Counted from the first letter of the stretch, positions 12,141 to 24,059 are shown. The stretch is 64,000 bases of DNA from Octopus sinensis (GCF_006345805.1 NC_042999.1:1364001-1428000), one strand, 5' to 3'. The notes: generated by a model not told the origin, from the letters alone. A program made the numbers and translations.

Positions 12141-12249
12141 AATAATTGAATATATATACATATAGTATAAATAATATACAGATACATGCATATATACATA
12201 TATGTATATACTTACATATATATGTATATATACATGCATATACGGGTAC

Positions 12250-12440
12250 AGGACATTAAAAAAACGTAGACAAAATGAGAAACGAGAACATAAAAAAGAA
12301 AAACATAGACATTGAAGTTTTTTGGAACAATGAAAAATACAAACAAACAGAAACAGAGAAACGAGACCAGCAACATAAAGAACATTCCTTTCATCAGTTG
12401 TCCCTTGTTTTATTTACTCCGCGTTTCGATAAATTCTCTT
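12250..12440. repeat. Unclassified dispersed-type repeat, possibly Penelope-derived
   Basis: Minus strand has cgaaacgcg and ctgatgaaagg motifs in reversed order; no second copy in the window. Confidence 0.3.
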
Positions 12441-12559
12441 GTTGTGAATAACAAATGAAGGTTCAGTAAAATGAAGCAGTAATCATATTCTGTGGATATG
12501 AATATGTCTCTTGAGGTCTGCTGGTGCCTTGTTGCAAACATTTTGGTGAATGGAACAAG

Positions 12560-12858
12560 TTGAAGACTCTGCTTGAGTGATTGTGGGTCATTTAATGTGT
12601 GTTTGTTTGAGTAGATGGCATGGCCTGCTTTGCTTTGTGCCACAAAGCCACAATGAGAGGTAAGGTTTCCATTTAGAGGAGCAGCGTTTTGCCAGGGTGC
12701 CTTCATGCTTGCATGAAGTTGGGAGGCCACTCTTGCGCCTCAAAGACAAACTAAAAGGCAATCTGAAGCAATGGCACATTCCCATTTTTCTTTCTGGGAA
12801 AACAAAGCATCAGAACATAGGACCTAGCTCCAGTACTGCCGTTCCTCAGTTGAAACAT
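12560..12858. mobile_element. RTE/BovB-like LINE 3' fragment with internal inversion
   Basis: Plus 12711-12858 HEVGRPLLRLKDKLKGNLKQWHIP / SFWENKASEHRT*LQYCRSSVET; minus 12720->12590 ...SHCGFVAQSKAGHAIYSNKH (decayed C2H2-like end). Confidence 0.65.
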
Positions 12859-12881
12859 ATGTATAAATAAATATATGTATA

Positions 12882-13060
12882 GTGAGAATTTACGAAAAAG
12901 ATGAAAACTGGTGTGTAAACAACAAACAGATGTATTAGTTTAATGCTCAGGAAGTGAGAGTCTTTTATGTTTCGAGCCTATGCTCTTCGACAAAGAGCAA
13001 CACAGAAATAAACAGCAAGAGGAAATAGAAAAAGATTTAGTAGCTAACAATCTATCATAT
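12882..13060 (-). mobile_element. Family H4 copy
   Basis: gtgagaatttacg...gtttcgagcctatgctcttcgaca. Confidence 0.7.
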
Positions 13061-13121
13061 TATATATGTATAAATATATATGTGTGTGGTATTAGATATA
13101 TATATATATATATATATATAC

Positions 13122-13810
13122 TAAGTAATTAAGGGTTTAGCAACGATTTGCCTCACCACACACCGAATTTAGAATAGCAGTCAGTCAAAGAGTTGTAGCT
13201 ATTCTTTCTACTAAAAGGGAGATCTCAGTAAAACCACAGCACTTGAAAGCAAACACAAACAGGCAAGAGAGAAAGAAATGACAGCAATCTATCATACAAT
13301 TTTACGTCACCTACGGACGTACGTTTCGAGATTAAGTTTTAGGAAAAAGCATAAGAATTAGATAATTATGTTTACCCAACTTCTTCTCTCATCAGCGTAG
13401 GACACTACAATTATGAATATTGTATTATAAATTTCGAGATACAGAAGGCATCATCTCAACTCAGTATCAGAGCGAGCTAAAACCGTTACCAGTATCACTA
13501 AATTCAAAGTGTGAATGAAAGTTTGTGTCAGCAACCCCTTCCCACCCGCGTGTAGCCAAGACAAGATGTTGCGGTCATTTACTGGGATGAAATATGGTTA
13601 TCAGAAAAAAATAGGGTAAAACCAATTAATTTGGAATAATCATTAATTTCAACAAGTAGATTTCGGCATGTAAAAGCCTCGTTCGAGGAAAGTTTAAGTA
13701 ATAACTGAGTAATTAAGGGTTTAGCAACGATTTGCCTCACCACACACCGAATTAGAAATAGCAGTCAAAGAGTTATAGCTATTCTTTCTACTAAAAGGGA
13801 GATCTCAGTA
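13122..13810 (-). mobile_element. HHR-bearing repeat H1, ~1.2 tandem units (period ~585 bp)
   Basis: gtaattaagggtttagcaacg at ~13126 and ~13709; (TA)n on both sides. Confidence 0.9.
13310..13401 (-). ncRNA. Type I hammerhead ribozyme, canonical core
   Basis: Minus: CCTACG-CTGATGA-GAGA...TCTC-GAAA-CGTACG-TC|CGTAGG. Confidence 0.9.
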
Positions 13811-13861
13811 AATATATATATATATTAGATGAATGTATGTATGCTTATGTATATGCTCACG

Positions 13862-14063
13862 TGTGTATGTATATGAACATGGGGAGAATTCACGAAAAAA
13901 AGCAAAAGACAAAGACAAGTGGTATAGAAAACAAAGAGATGTATTAATATTATGCTCGGGAAGTGAAAAAGGCTTTAACGTTTTGAGCCTACGCTCTTCC
14001 ATAGAAAGGAACACAGAAAGAAACAAGGAGAGAAAATAAAGAATGTGTAGTGGCTAGCGATCT

Positions 14064-14104
<41 letters not shown>

Positions 14105-14320
14105 AAAACAAAAGATGAAGACAGGTGGTGTAGAAAACAAACAGATGTATGAGTTTAATGCTAGGGATTGAAATAGTATTTAATGTTTTGAGCATACGCT
14201 CTTCCACAGAAAGGAACACAGAAAGAAACAAAGAGAGAAAATAAAGAATGTGTAGTGGCTAGCGATCTATCATGGCGAATGACGGACAGAAGGGTCACAC
14301 AGAAGAGGTAGAACAGAAAG
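13862..14320 (-). mobile_element. Two tandem family H4 copies
   Basis: Both end in gaatgtgtagtggctagcgatcta; both carry gagcNtacgctcttcc. Confidence 0.75.
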
Positions 14321-15019
14321 TACAGGAAAGTTTAGAGTGCTTGTGATCATCTTGCTCAGATATAGATAAAGGTTAGGAAGGGTGTTCACCTACAGAAAAC
14401 TTGCTTAAATAATTTCTGTTTAACGCATGCAAGCATGGAAATGGGAAGTTTAAATAGTAATGGTGTGATGATGATGATGTCAATGATAATGATGACAAGA
14501 CTTGTTTTAAGTAAGTGTTTATTAAAATGAATACTTCGTTTCAGAAATTAAATGAATTTTCCGAAAGGAAAAAAAATGTTGTATTCAAGGAGGATATATG
14601 AAGCGAAATATTTGTATATTCAATATTATATACCTTATTTTTCTTTTACTGGAGTGTTATTTGTTAAAGACGAAAAAAATAGAATGAAGTTTATCTGCTG
14701 AACAATGAGAGGGGAAAACTGTCCTCTTGGAAGAAAGCCGAAATTGTACATATTTCATATATTTTGAACAATTAAAAATAAAATTCTAACACATCATGTA
14801 GTGGATAAGTGAAACTGAAAACTTATTGAATTCTAGTTTTTGAAAAAAAAAAAAACGGTTGGGAGAAATAATCTTCAGTAATATTATTCAAAGTTTTTCT
14901 TGAAAAGCTAACAAAAAATATTACGGAGATGTAATAACAAAAAATATTTGGATGTGAAAATAATGGAACACAAACTACAGAATAAAAGCACTCTGTTACT
15001 CTTTAAATTGTTTTAGTTA

Positions 15020-15205
15020 TTTTGCCTGCGGCTATGCTGGAGCACCGCCTTTATTCGAGCAAATTGATCGCAGGACTTATTCTTTGGAAGCCTAGTACTT
15101 ATTCTAGCGGTCTCTTTTGCTGAACTGCAAAGTTATGGGGACGAAAACACACCATCATCGGTTGTCAAGCGATGGTGGTGGGGACAAACACAGACACACA
15201 AACAT
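15020..15205 (-). mobile_element. S2 SINE 3' portion
   Basis: gctggagcaccgcc...gacttattctttg...gggacaaacacagacac. Confidence 0.8.
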
Positions 15206-15560
15206 GTGCTGTCAAAAATTCCTTTCAATGAATTGTGTTTTCCTCGTTTTACACACGTATCATAGGAATTCAGCACTTTTTCTACTTTTGCTCGTATATT
15301 TTGAAGTGATAAATATGGGAAATTTAATTTCTTTTGCCATAAAAAAGTTTCTTCTTTCGAAATTTCCTTAGTTCTTTCTTTCTTTATTTTGATGGTAACT
15401 CCAAGGAACAGGTAGCGACTGACAATTTGAAGTTCCATTGGTATCCTGCAGTTGTTTTCCAAAGATTTCTCTTCTCGAGGATGAGGTCTTCTTTTCCTAT
15501 GTGAGTCTTGAAATTGCACGAGATTCTTTGTCTAGAATTTTGTTTCTTTGAGTGACACAA
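15205..15560 (-). mobile_element. Decayed DNA-transposase N-terminal fragment (hATm-like, tentative)
   Basis: QIVSRYLFL...EISKEETFLWQKKLNFPYLSLQNIRAKVEKVLNSY...GIFD resembles the W-x-K-x-x-I/F-P...I-x-x-K-I/V-x-K-L motif I recall for such transposases; needs an HMM check. Confidence 0.45.
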
Positions 15561-15975
15561 GCACTTCTCTTATGAGACATTATTTTAGATTCTCTAGTTG
15601 GATATGCCTAATATTCTGGAAAACAGTTGATATAGTCAGAGTTTTTAGCGTCACAGAAATAAAAAGGAGAGTAAAACGATATTTCCTAAAGTAGGGCCTA
15701 AGTGATAAAAAATTAAAATCTCTATAACCCCTAAACTACTTAAACTTGAAAGCTGAATTTTGAGATACACAGCTCCTGGTAAAAACTTGAGTAGGTATTA
15801 TGAACCCTACTAGAATTTTGCATGATTTGGGTAAAAAGTGGTGTTAGATTTCTTCAGTTGGGGAGGGGACATTTATTTTTAAAAACTTAAAATAAAGTTT
15901 AATTCCCTACTTATGAAATGGTTCGACTTTTGATACAGGAAATTGTTTACTTCCCAAAAAACCAAAAAGTCACAA

Positions 15976-16074
<99 letters not shown>

Positions 16075-16734
16075 GAATTTACAACAAATCAATAGACGAA
16101 GACAGGTGTGTAAGCAACAAACAGATGTATTAGTTTAACACTCAGGAAGTGAGAAAGACTTTTACGTTTCGATTATAAAGTGACATCAAATAACATCAAA
16201 GAATCACATAAGATATATGTCTATAATATAAATAATATTGTCTTAATAGATAAATATATAACGTATGATTATTTAAAAAGCTTTGAGATATCTTATGATC
16301 GTTTCATGTATGTATTATCTTTCAAAATGAAATCCAAAATTGCTAATCATTATTAGGTCATACATCCAACTCGTCAGGGAAAGGATGAATTTCCGTGTAG
16401 TCAATCAAATGAGAGAGATGCTATTTAAAATCGCATGATAAAGGTGTTGTTTAAAACGTTATTGGTATGGATGTGTATTGATATAAACTAGGATTAAACA
16501 TTTTGAAAAAATATAAATCCATGGTAAAATCCTTTGTAGTAATCCATAATAGCTCTTTTTTGAATTCGTCCAATTACTTTTATATAATATATACATACAT
16601 ATATATATACACACATATATACATTTATATGTGTATATGTATGTAGATGGATTGATGGATGATTCTTGGAATGCACCTAAATATACATCGTAAGTAATTT
16701 AGAGACTAATATTGTGTTAATTAAAATTGGCTGC

Positions 16735-17910
16735 CAGGCAGCGAGCTGGCAGAAATGTTAGTACGCCGGGCGAAATGTTTAGCGGTATTTTGTCTGTCTT
16801 TACGTTCTGAGTTCAAATTCCACCGAGGTCAACTTTACCTTTCATCATTTCAGGGTCGATTAAATAAGTACCAGTTATGCACTGGGGTCGATGTAATCTA
16901 CTTAATCCCTTTGTCTGTCCTTGTTTGTCCCCTCTATATTTAGCCCCTTGTGGGCAATAAAAAAATAAACATTGTGTTAATAAATATCAACAGCAAGGCA
17001 GTGAGCTGGCAGAAACGGTAGCATGCCGGGCAAAATGCTTAGTGGCATTTCGTCTGTCTTTATGTTCTAAGTTCAAATTCCACCAAGGTCATCTTCGCCT
17101 TTCATCGTTTCGGGGTCGATAAACTAAGAACCAGTGAAACACTGGGGTCGATGTAATCAACTAGTCACCTCCCCCAAAATTTCAAGGACTTGTTCCTTCA
17201 ATTGAAAGAATTATTATTTCATGTATTATCAAGATTTAGTATCCCATTATCTCTTTACCTGCAGACTTCTGCCAATGCTGTGCTTTATATTTGATATTTT
17301 AAATGATTTAATGACAAACATTTTGCTTTTACAATTACTGCAATGTCTTCATTTATTGTCCAATCTTACGCATTAGGGAATTTTGTATTTTTTATATGTT
17401 AAATCAGCAAGCTGGCAGAAACGTTAGCATACCAGGTGAAATGCTTAGCTGTATTTCGTCTGCCGTTACGTTCTGCATTCAAATTCCGCCGAGGTTGACT
17501 TTGCCTTTTATCTTTTCGGGTTCGATTAAATAAGTACCAGTTATGCACTGGGGTCGATATAATCAACTTAATCCGTTTGTCTGTCCTTGTTTGTCCTCTC
17601 TGTCTTTGGCCCCTTGTGGGTAGTAAAGAAATAGGTATTTCGTCAGGGTCGATAAATTAAGTTCCAGTTGCTTACTGGGGTTGATCTAATTGACTGGCCC
17701 CCTCCCCTAAAACTTTGGGTCTTGTGCTTAGATTAGAAAAGAGTATTTCCTCTGTTTTTACATTCTGAGTTCAAATTCTGCCGGGGTCAACTTTGCCTTT
17801 CATTCTTTCGGGGTCGATAAATTAAGCACCAGTTGCATACTAGGGTCGACCTAAGCGACTAACCCCTTCCCCCAAAATTTTGGGCCTTGCGACTAGAGTA
17901 GAAAAGAATA
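16735..17910 (+). mobile_element. Three S1 SINE loci (16735-16970, 16995-17215, 17400-17910 multi-unit)
   Basis: gcgagctggcagaaa heads, B boxes, S1 bodies. Confidence 0.85.
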
Positions 17911-18480
17911 TATATCGGCTGTGGATATAAAAAAATGTTTTATTTGTGACTGTGTGGTTGAAGTTCTGGAAGAAAATCTGCATTCACATAATACAAAAGA
18001 CTGTTACGATAGTGTTAGGCATCCATTTTGATCCAGTTTTCAAACAACCGAAATTATCAGTCATTTTCCCTTCGATATGTTATTCATTCCTCAACTCTTT
18101 TAACTTTACCATTCTAGAGAAAAGGAGAGAAAGAGAGTGAGAGAAGGAAAGAAACAGAGAGATGGGAGATAGAAAGATAAAAGAGATTAAAGAGAGACAG
18201 AAAGAAAAATAAAAACATTTTTGACGTCACACAATTTTTGACGTCAACATCGTTAATTCTCTATTCCATCTCTTTCTATCTGCGTCTAGCTTTTCATATG
18301 CATCTCTCATCTATCTGAAGCTATTATTCTATTACTCCAGGGAGAAATAGGAAGAGAGAGGAGAGAAGAGAGGTAGAGACAGAGAAAGATTAAAGAGAGA
18401 CAGGATAAATAAGACATATTTTGACGTCACACAAATATATATTAGTCTCCATCTGCAATACTTTATTCCTTATTCCACAG

Positions 18481-18899
18481 CAGCGCTGGATTAACCATTA
18501 AGCAAAATAAACATGTGATTATGGTATCAAGGGAAGGCGAGGACCACAGAAATAGTAAATGGTCTACAGCACAAAAGAAATCGCTTTAAACTTGCTAAAA
18601 TAATATTTGAAATGGTTTATATGATTGGAGATATAATTTCAAAGTGTTTATGGTGTCATGGTTAGGATCTGTTAAAACACTTGGCAATTATTAAAGAGGA
18701 GAAAATTTTATGAATATAAATAATGTGGAGGTATACAAAAATAAGCATCATTTTCTATCGTACAATTGGTTTTGTTTCATTTTGAAAACTAATAAAAAAA
18801 ATATTCTATGGTTAATTCCTGTTTACATTTTGAATTATATATAAGGGGGCCCACAAAAATCTTGTGTTTAGGACCTCTAAGGGTCTTAATTGAGCCCTG
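18481..18899. mobile_element. hAT-type MITE
   Basis: Imperfect TIRs cagcgctggattaa / ttaattgagccctg; 8-bp TSD ttccacag / ttccagag (7/8); partial second copy at 31635-31800. Confidence 0.8.
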
Positions 18900-19254
18900 T
18901 TCCAGAGGAAGAGACAAAAAGAAAATGACTGACATAATTACTTCATTTCAAATTTCTACATCACTTTCTTTGACAACAGAATGGTTAGTTTTGAGAGCGG
19001 TAACTATTTCACAAAATAAGCAGATGGAAACTGTGTGTGTATGTGTAAGTCTCTACATGCATGTGTACTTATGTGTGTGTGTGTATGTGTAAATCTGTAT
19101 GAGTATGTGTGCATGAGTGTGTATGTAAGTCGTAGGTGCATGTGTTTGTCCTCACCATCACTTAGCAATCAGTGTTTATGTATGCATGTATGTATGTATG
19201 TGTGTGTATGTCTTTACATGTAGGTATGTATGTATGTACGTGTACGCATGTGTG

Positions 19255-21121
19255 TGTAACTGTATGTTTCTGTGTGTATGTTATGTATCCCCGTGTAACT
19301 GTATGCCACCATGTGTATGTTATGTGTCCCCGTGTAACTGTATGCCCCTATGTGTATGTTATGTGTCCCCGTGTAACTGTATGCCCCTATGTGCATGTTA
19401 TGTATCCCCGTGTAACTGTATGCCCCTATGTGTATATTATGTATCCCCGTGTAACTGTATGCCCCTATGTGTATGTTATGTATCCCCATGTAACTGTATG
19501 CCCCTATGTGCATGTTATGTATCCCCGTGTAACTGTATGCCCCTATGTGTATATTATGTATCCCCGTGTAACTGTATGCCCCTATGTGTATGTTATTGTC
19601 CCCGTGTAACTGTATGCCACTATGTCTATGTTATGTGTCCCCGTGTAACTGTATGCCCCTATGTGTATATGTTATGTGTCCCCGTGTAACTGTATGCCCC
19701 TATGTGTATGTTATGTGTCCCCGTGTAACTGTATGCCTCTATGTGTATGTTATGTATCCCCGTGTAACTGTATGCCCCTATGTGTATGTTATGTATCCCC
19801 GTGTAACTGTATGCCACTATGTGTATGTTATGTGTCCCCGTGTAACTGTATGCCCCTATGTGTATGTTATGTGTCCCCGTGTAACTGTATGCTCCTATGT
19901 GTATGTTATGTGTCCCCGTGTAACTATGCCCATATGTGTATGTTATGTATCCCCGCGTAACTGTATGCCCCTATGTGTATATGTTATGTGTCCCCGTGTA
20001 ACTGTATGCCCCTATGTGTATGTTATGTGTCCCCGTGTAACTGTATGCCTCTATGTGTATGTTATGTATCCCCGTGTAACTGTATGCCCCTATGTGTATG
20101 TTATGTATCCCCGTGTACTGTATGCCACCATGTGTATGTTATGTGTCCCCGTGTAACTGTATGCCCCTATGTGTATGTTTGTGTCCCCGTGTAACTGTAT
20201 GCCCCTATGTGCATGTTATGTATCCCCGTGTAACTGTATGCCCCTATGTGTATATTATGTATCCCCGTGTAACTGTATGCCCCTATGTGTATGTTATGTA
20301 TCCCCATGTAACTGTATGCCCCTATGTGCATGTTATGTATCCCCGTGTAACTGTATGCCCCTATGTGTATATTATGTATCCCCGTGTAACTGTATGCCCC
20401 TATGTGTATGTTATGTATCCCCATGTAACTGTATGCCACTATGTCTATGTTATGTGTCCCCGTGTAACTGTATGCCCCTATGTGTATATGTTATGTGTCC
20501 CCGTGTAACTGTATGCCCCTATGTGTATGTTATGTGTCCCCGTGTAACTGTATGCCTCTATGTGTATGTTATGTATCCCCGTGTAACTGTATGCCCCTAT
20601 GTGTATGTTATGTATCCCCGTGTAACTGTATGCCACTATGTGTATGTTATGTGTCCCCGTGTAACTGTATGCCCCTATGTGTATGTTATGTGTCCCCGTG
20701 TAACTGTATGCTCCTATGTGTATGTTATGTGTCCCCGTGTAACTATGCCCATATGTGTATGTTATGTATCCCCGCGTAACTGTATGCCCCTATGTGTATG
20801 TTATGTGTCCCCGTGTAACTGTATGCCCCTATGTGTATGTTATGTCCCCGTGTAACTGTATGCCTCTATGTGTATGTTATGTGTCCCCGTGTAACTGTAT
20901 GCCCCTATGTGTATGTTATGTATCCCCGTGTAACTGTATGCCCCTATGTGTATGTTATGTATCCCCGTGTAACTGTACGCCCCTATGTGTATGTTATGTG
21001 TCCCCGTGTAACTGTATGCCCCTATGTGTATGTTATGTGTCCCCGTGTAACTGTATGCTCCTATGTGTATGTTATGTATCCCCGTGTAACTGTATGCCCC
21101 TATGTGTATGTTATCTATCCT
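19255..21121. repeat. 39-bp minisatellite, ~47 units
   Basis: Unit ccccgtgtaactgtatgcccctatgtgtatgttatgtRt. Confidence 0.97.
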
Positions 21122-21439
21122 TGCACCTTCATATTAAAATATTTTTTAAACCAACATACGCATTAAATATATTTTCCCCTTAATATTTATTATTAATATG
21201 ATTAGTTGTTATCCATTATCTTTAATATGATGGAGTACCAAATTATATCGTTAGTTTTTTTGATATTTGTAATGTCTACACCTAATATACTATTAATTTA
21301 ATTAACGTAATTGAATGTAATTTTGTCTTACTTTTGCTTTATTTTATTCTGCTCGGTCTGTAAGTTTGTTTGTCTATGTCTGCAGATAATGTTTCCTTAT
21401 TTTTTTTGTTGTTATTTATGATTATGGGTGTATGGACTG

Positions 21440-21502
21440 AAATATGTATGTATACGCAGAGAGAAATATATATACACAAACACACATGTGCATATGTATG
21501 TA

Positions 21503-21538
<36 letters not shown>

Positions 21539-21685
21539 CATGTATGTATGTATATGTATATGTATATATATATATATGTATATGTATATGTATATTTATA
21601 TATATATATATATATGTATGAATATATGTCTATATATGTGTGAGTGTTTGTGTTACATATGCACATATATGTATGAGAGTATATA

Positions 21686-21756
<71 letters not shown>

Positions 21757-21760
21757 ATGT
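21440..21760. repeat. (TA)n/(TATG)n microsatellite
   Basis: Direct inspection. Confidence 0.95.
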
Positions 21761-21919
21761 ATGTATGTTGACCATCTAATGAATCTGTATTTTTTTAATG
21801 AATTTTTATTTTAATTTTTACAGTTTAGTTTTATGGTTGATATTTAATTGCATAATTTATAACATTATCCTCAATAATTTTGGTTACCTACTACACGGGG
21901 AAATATTTCTTAGAATTTA

Positions 21920-22088
21920 GACGCTGGCATGGCTGTGTGGTGAGAAGCTTGCTTCCAACCACATGGTTCCGGGTTCACTCTCACTGCGTGCCATCTTGCA
22001 CAAGTGTCTTCTGCTATAGCCTCGGGACGACCAAACCCTGTAAGTGGATTTGGAAGACAGAAACTGAAAGAAGCCCGACATGTGTGTG

Positions 22089-22090
<2 letters not shown>
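21920..22090 (+). mobile_element. S2 SINE
   Basis: ggcatggctgtgtggtgagaagcttgc...aagtgtcttc...gaaactgaaagaagcc. Confidence 0.85.
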
Positions 22091-22150
<60 letters not shown>

Positions 22151-22279
22151 TTTGTAAATATAATATGTGACAATTATATTTACAAATAAATTCCTCTATT
22201 TACATAATATCGAGGTCTCATTCATTCCTTTGTTGTCTTACCATTTCTATCAATATATATATATATGAACCTGATGCAG

Positions 22280-22550
22280 CTTACTGGATAGCCATCCAAT
22301 CCATGCCAGCATGGAAAACAGACGGTTAATGATGATGAGGATATATATATATATATATATATATATATCCTCATCATCATCGTCTAACGTCCTCTTTCCA
22401 TGCTGGCATGGGTTGGACGGTTTGACTGGGAACTGGTGAGCCAGATGGCTGCACCAGGCTCCAATCTTGATCTGGCAAAGTTTCTACACCTGGATGCCCT
22501 TCCTAACACCAGCCACTCCGAGAGTGTAGAAGGTGCTTTTACGTGCCATG
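22280..22550. mobile_element. Tail-to-tail S3 pair around a (TA)n centre
   Basis: ccatgccagcatggaaa...gatgatgagg(TA)n cctcatcatc...tttccatgctggcatgg. Confidence 0.8.
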
Positions 22551-22574
22551 TATATATATATATATATATATATA

Positions 22575-23665
22575 TGAAGTTGAGAGAAAAGTAAGCAACG
22601 TTTTGAACTATGAAGAATTTGTAGAGGATTTTTGAATTTTTTTAATACATTTTTGGGAAATTGTCTGATAATACATAGAGTTGCCCAAATGCATCATTGA
22701 ATTAACATTGATATTTCTTTCACTGTTGTTTCAGTCATCTGTGACTGAGTTGATCGTGAATTTTGTTTGTGAGAAAGGTTAGTCAAAGTTGTAGTTGTTA
22801 TTAATTGTTGTGTTTTAAGACACTTGTTTCTGCTGCCTTATGGCAGTTTTGTTAACGCTGCCCACCCCCTGCCTTTTTTGAAGGGGAAGCACTGTTAAAA
22901 TGGTAGGAATTAGCTACTCAGACCTGTTTTCATCTAAGGGGGAGCTGGTGGGATGTCTAGACGAAATAGATAGAGAGACAGAAAGGAAGAGTTTTGTAAA
23001 GGCGGTGAGATGGCAGTTTGAAGATGTCTGTTTGGAGGGAATTGAAAGATTCCAAGAAATGATGAAAAGGGAGAGGAGCAATGTCAAGGTATCCCTTCCC
23101 AGAGAAACTACCGAAAAGACAGCCAAATGAAAGATACTGTTTGTTGGTGTACTGCTGGACTCATCCCCTATAACTTCTTAAAACCCAGTAAAACCATTAC
23201 TGCAGAAACATATTGCCATGAAATTGCCAAAATGAATGAAAAATTGCTACTCCTTCGTCCCAGACTGGTCAACAGAAGAGGGCCAATCATTCTTCATGAC
23301 AATGCTTGACCACACGTTTCACTAGTGACACTCCAAAAGTTGAGGGAACTTGGCTACGAAGTTCTTCCCCACCCACCTTATTCCCCAGACCTTTCTCCTA
23401 CTGATTACCACTTTTACAAGCACCCTGATGGTTTCCTGTGAGAGAAGTTTAAAAATAAAACCGATGCTGGGAGTGCATTCAAAGAGTCCATCAGATCCAG
23501 AACTCCAGATTTATATATTACTGGAATAAACAAACTTGTAACTCGTTGGCAAAAATGTGTTGATTGTAATGGTACTTTCTTTGACGAATAAAATTACCAC
23601 ATTATTGAAATATCTTGTGATGCATTTTATGTTTCAAAACGTTGCTCACTTTTTACTTCACCTAA
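22575..23665 (+). mobile_element. Decayed mariner (Hsmar1/cecropia-like) with non-mariner internal segment
   Basis: TIRs share aaaagtRagcaacgttttgaa, TA flanks; 23127-23590 TITAETYC...IILHDNA*PH...PHPPYSPDLSPTDYH...RWQKCVDCNGTFFDE*. Confidence 0.9.
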
Positions 23666-23802
23666 TATTAAGCAGAAGTAACAAAGTGACTCAAATTCTG
23701 AGAGTTCTGTGCATTGGCACTTATCAGACCTTGAGTCACTCTGTTACTTCTTTTAAATATTAATAACTATACATAAAATCATATTTTGAGCTCTATTTTT
23801 TC

Positions 23803-24037
23803 TTCTTCTTTCTTCTACATCGAAGAGGCCAGGGAACAGAAGAAAGAAGAAGAAAGAAGGCATGCACCCAACACCAGAGCTGAAGACACCTCCGAAAGTG
23901 GGGGCCCCGCCACATCAAAACAGTAGAGGAGTAGGGGCCGAAACCAGATGTGGTTCCTCCTGATGATGTCTTGAGCTAACTGGATCATATAAAGGAGCTG
24001 TTGTGGTAGGAGACCACGAAACACGGTTGAAATTCCT
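23803..24037 (-). mobile_element. Probable 5'-truncated non-LTR retrotransposon end with (GAA)n tail
   Basis: ttcttctttcttc at the left edge; the flanks rejoin to match an empty site at 50164-50193. Confidence 0.5.
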
Positions 24038-24059
24038 CCTTGTTTGCATCGACATCATC

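Noticed and set aside
19172-21183. Cys-rich metallothionein- or keratin-like ORFs
   Set aside because: They are translations of the 39-bp minisatellite in several frames and both strands, with no gene context.
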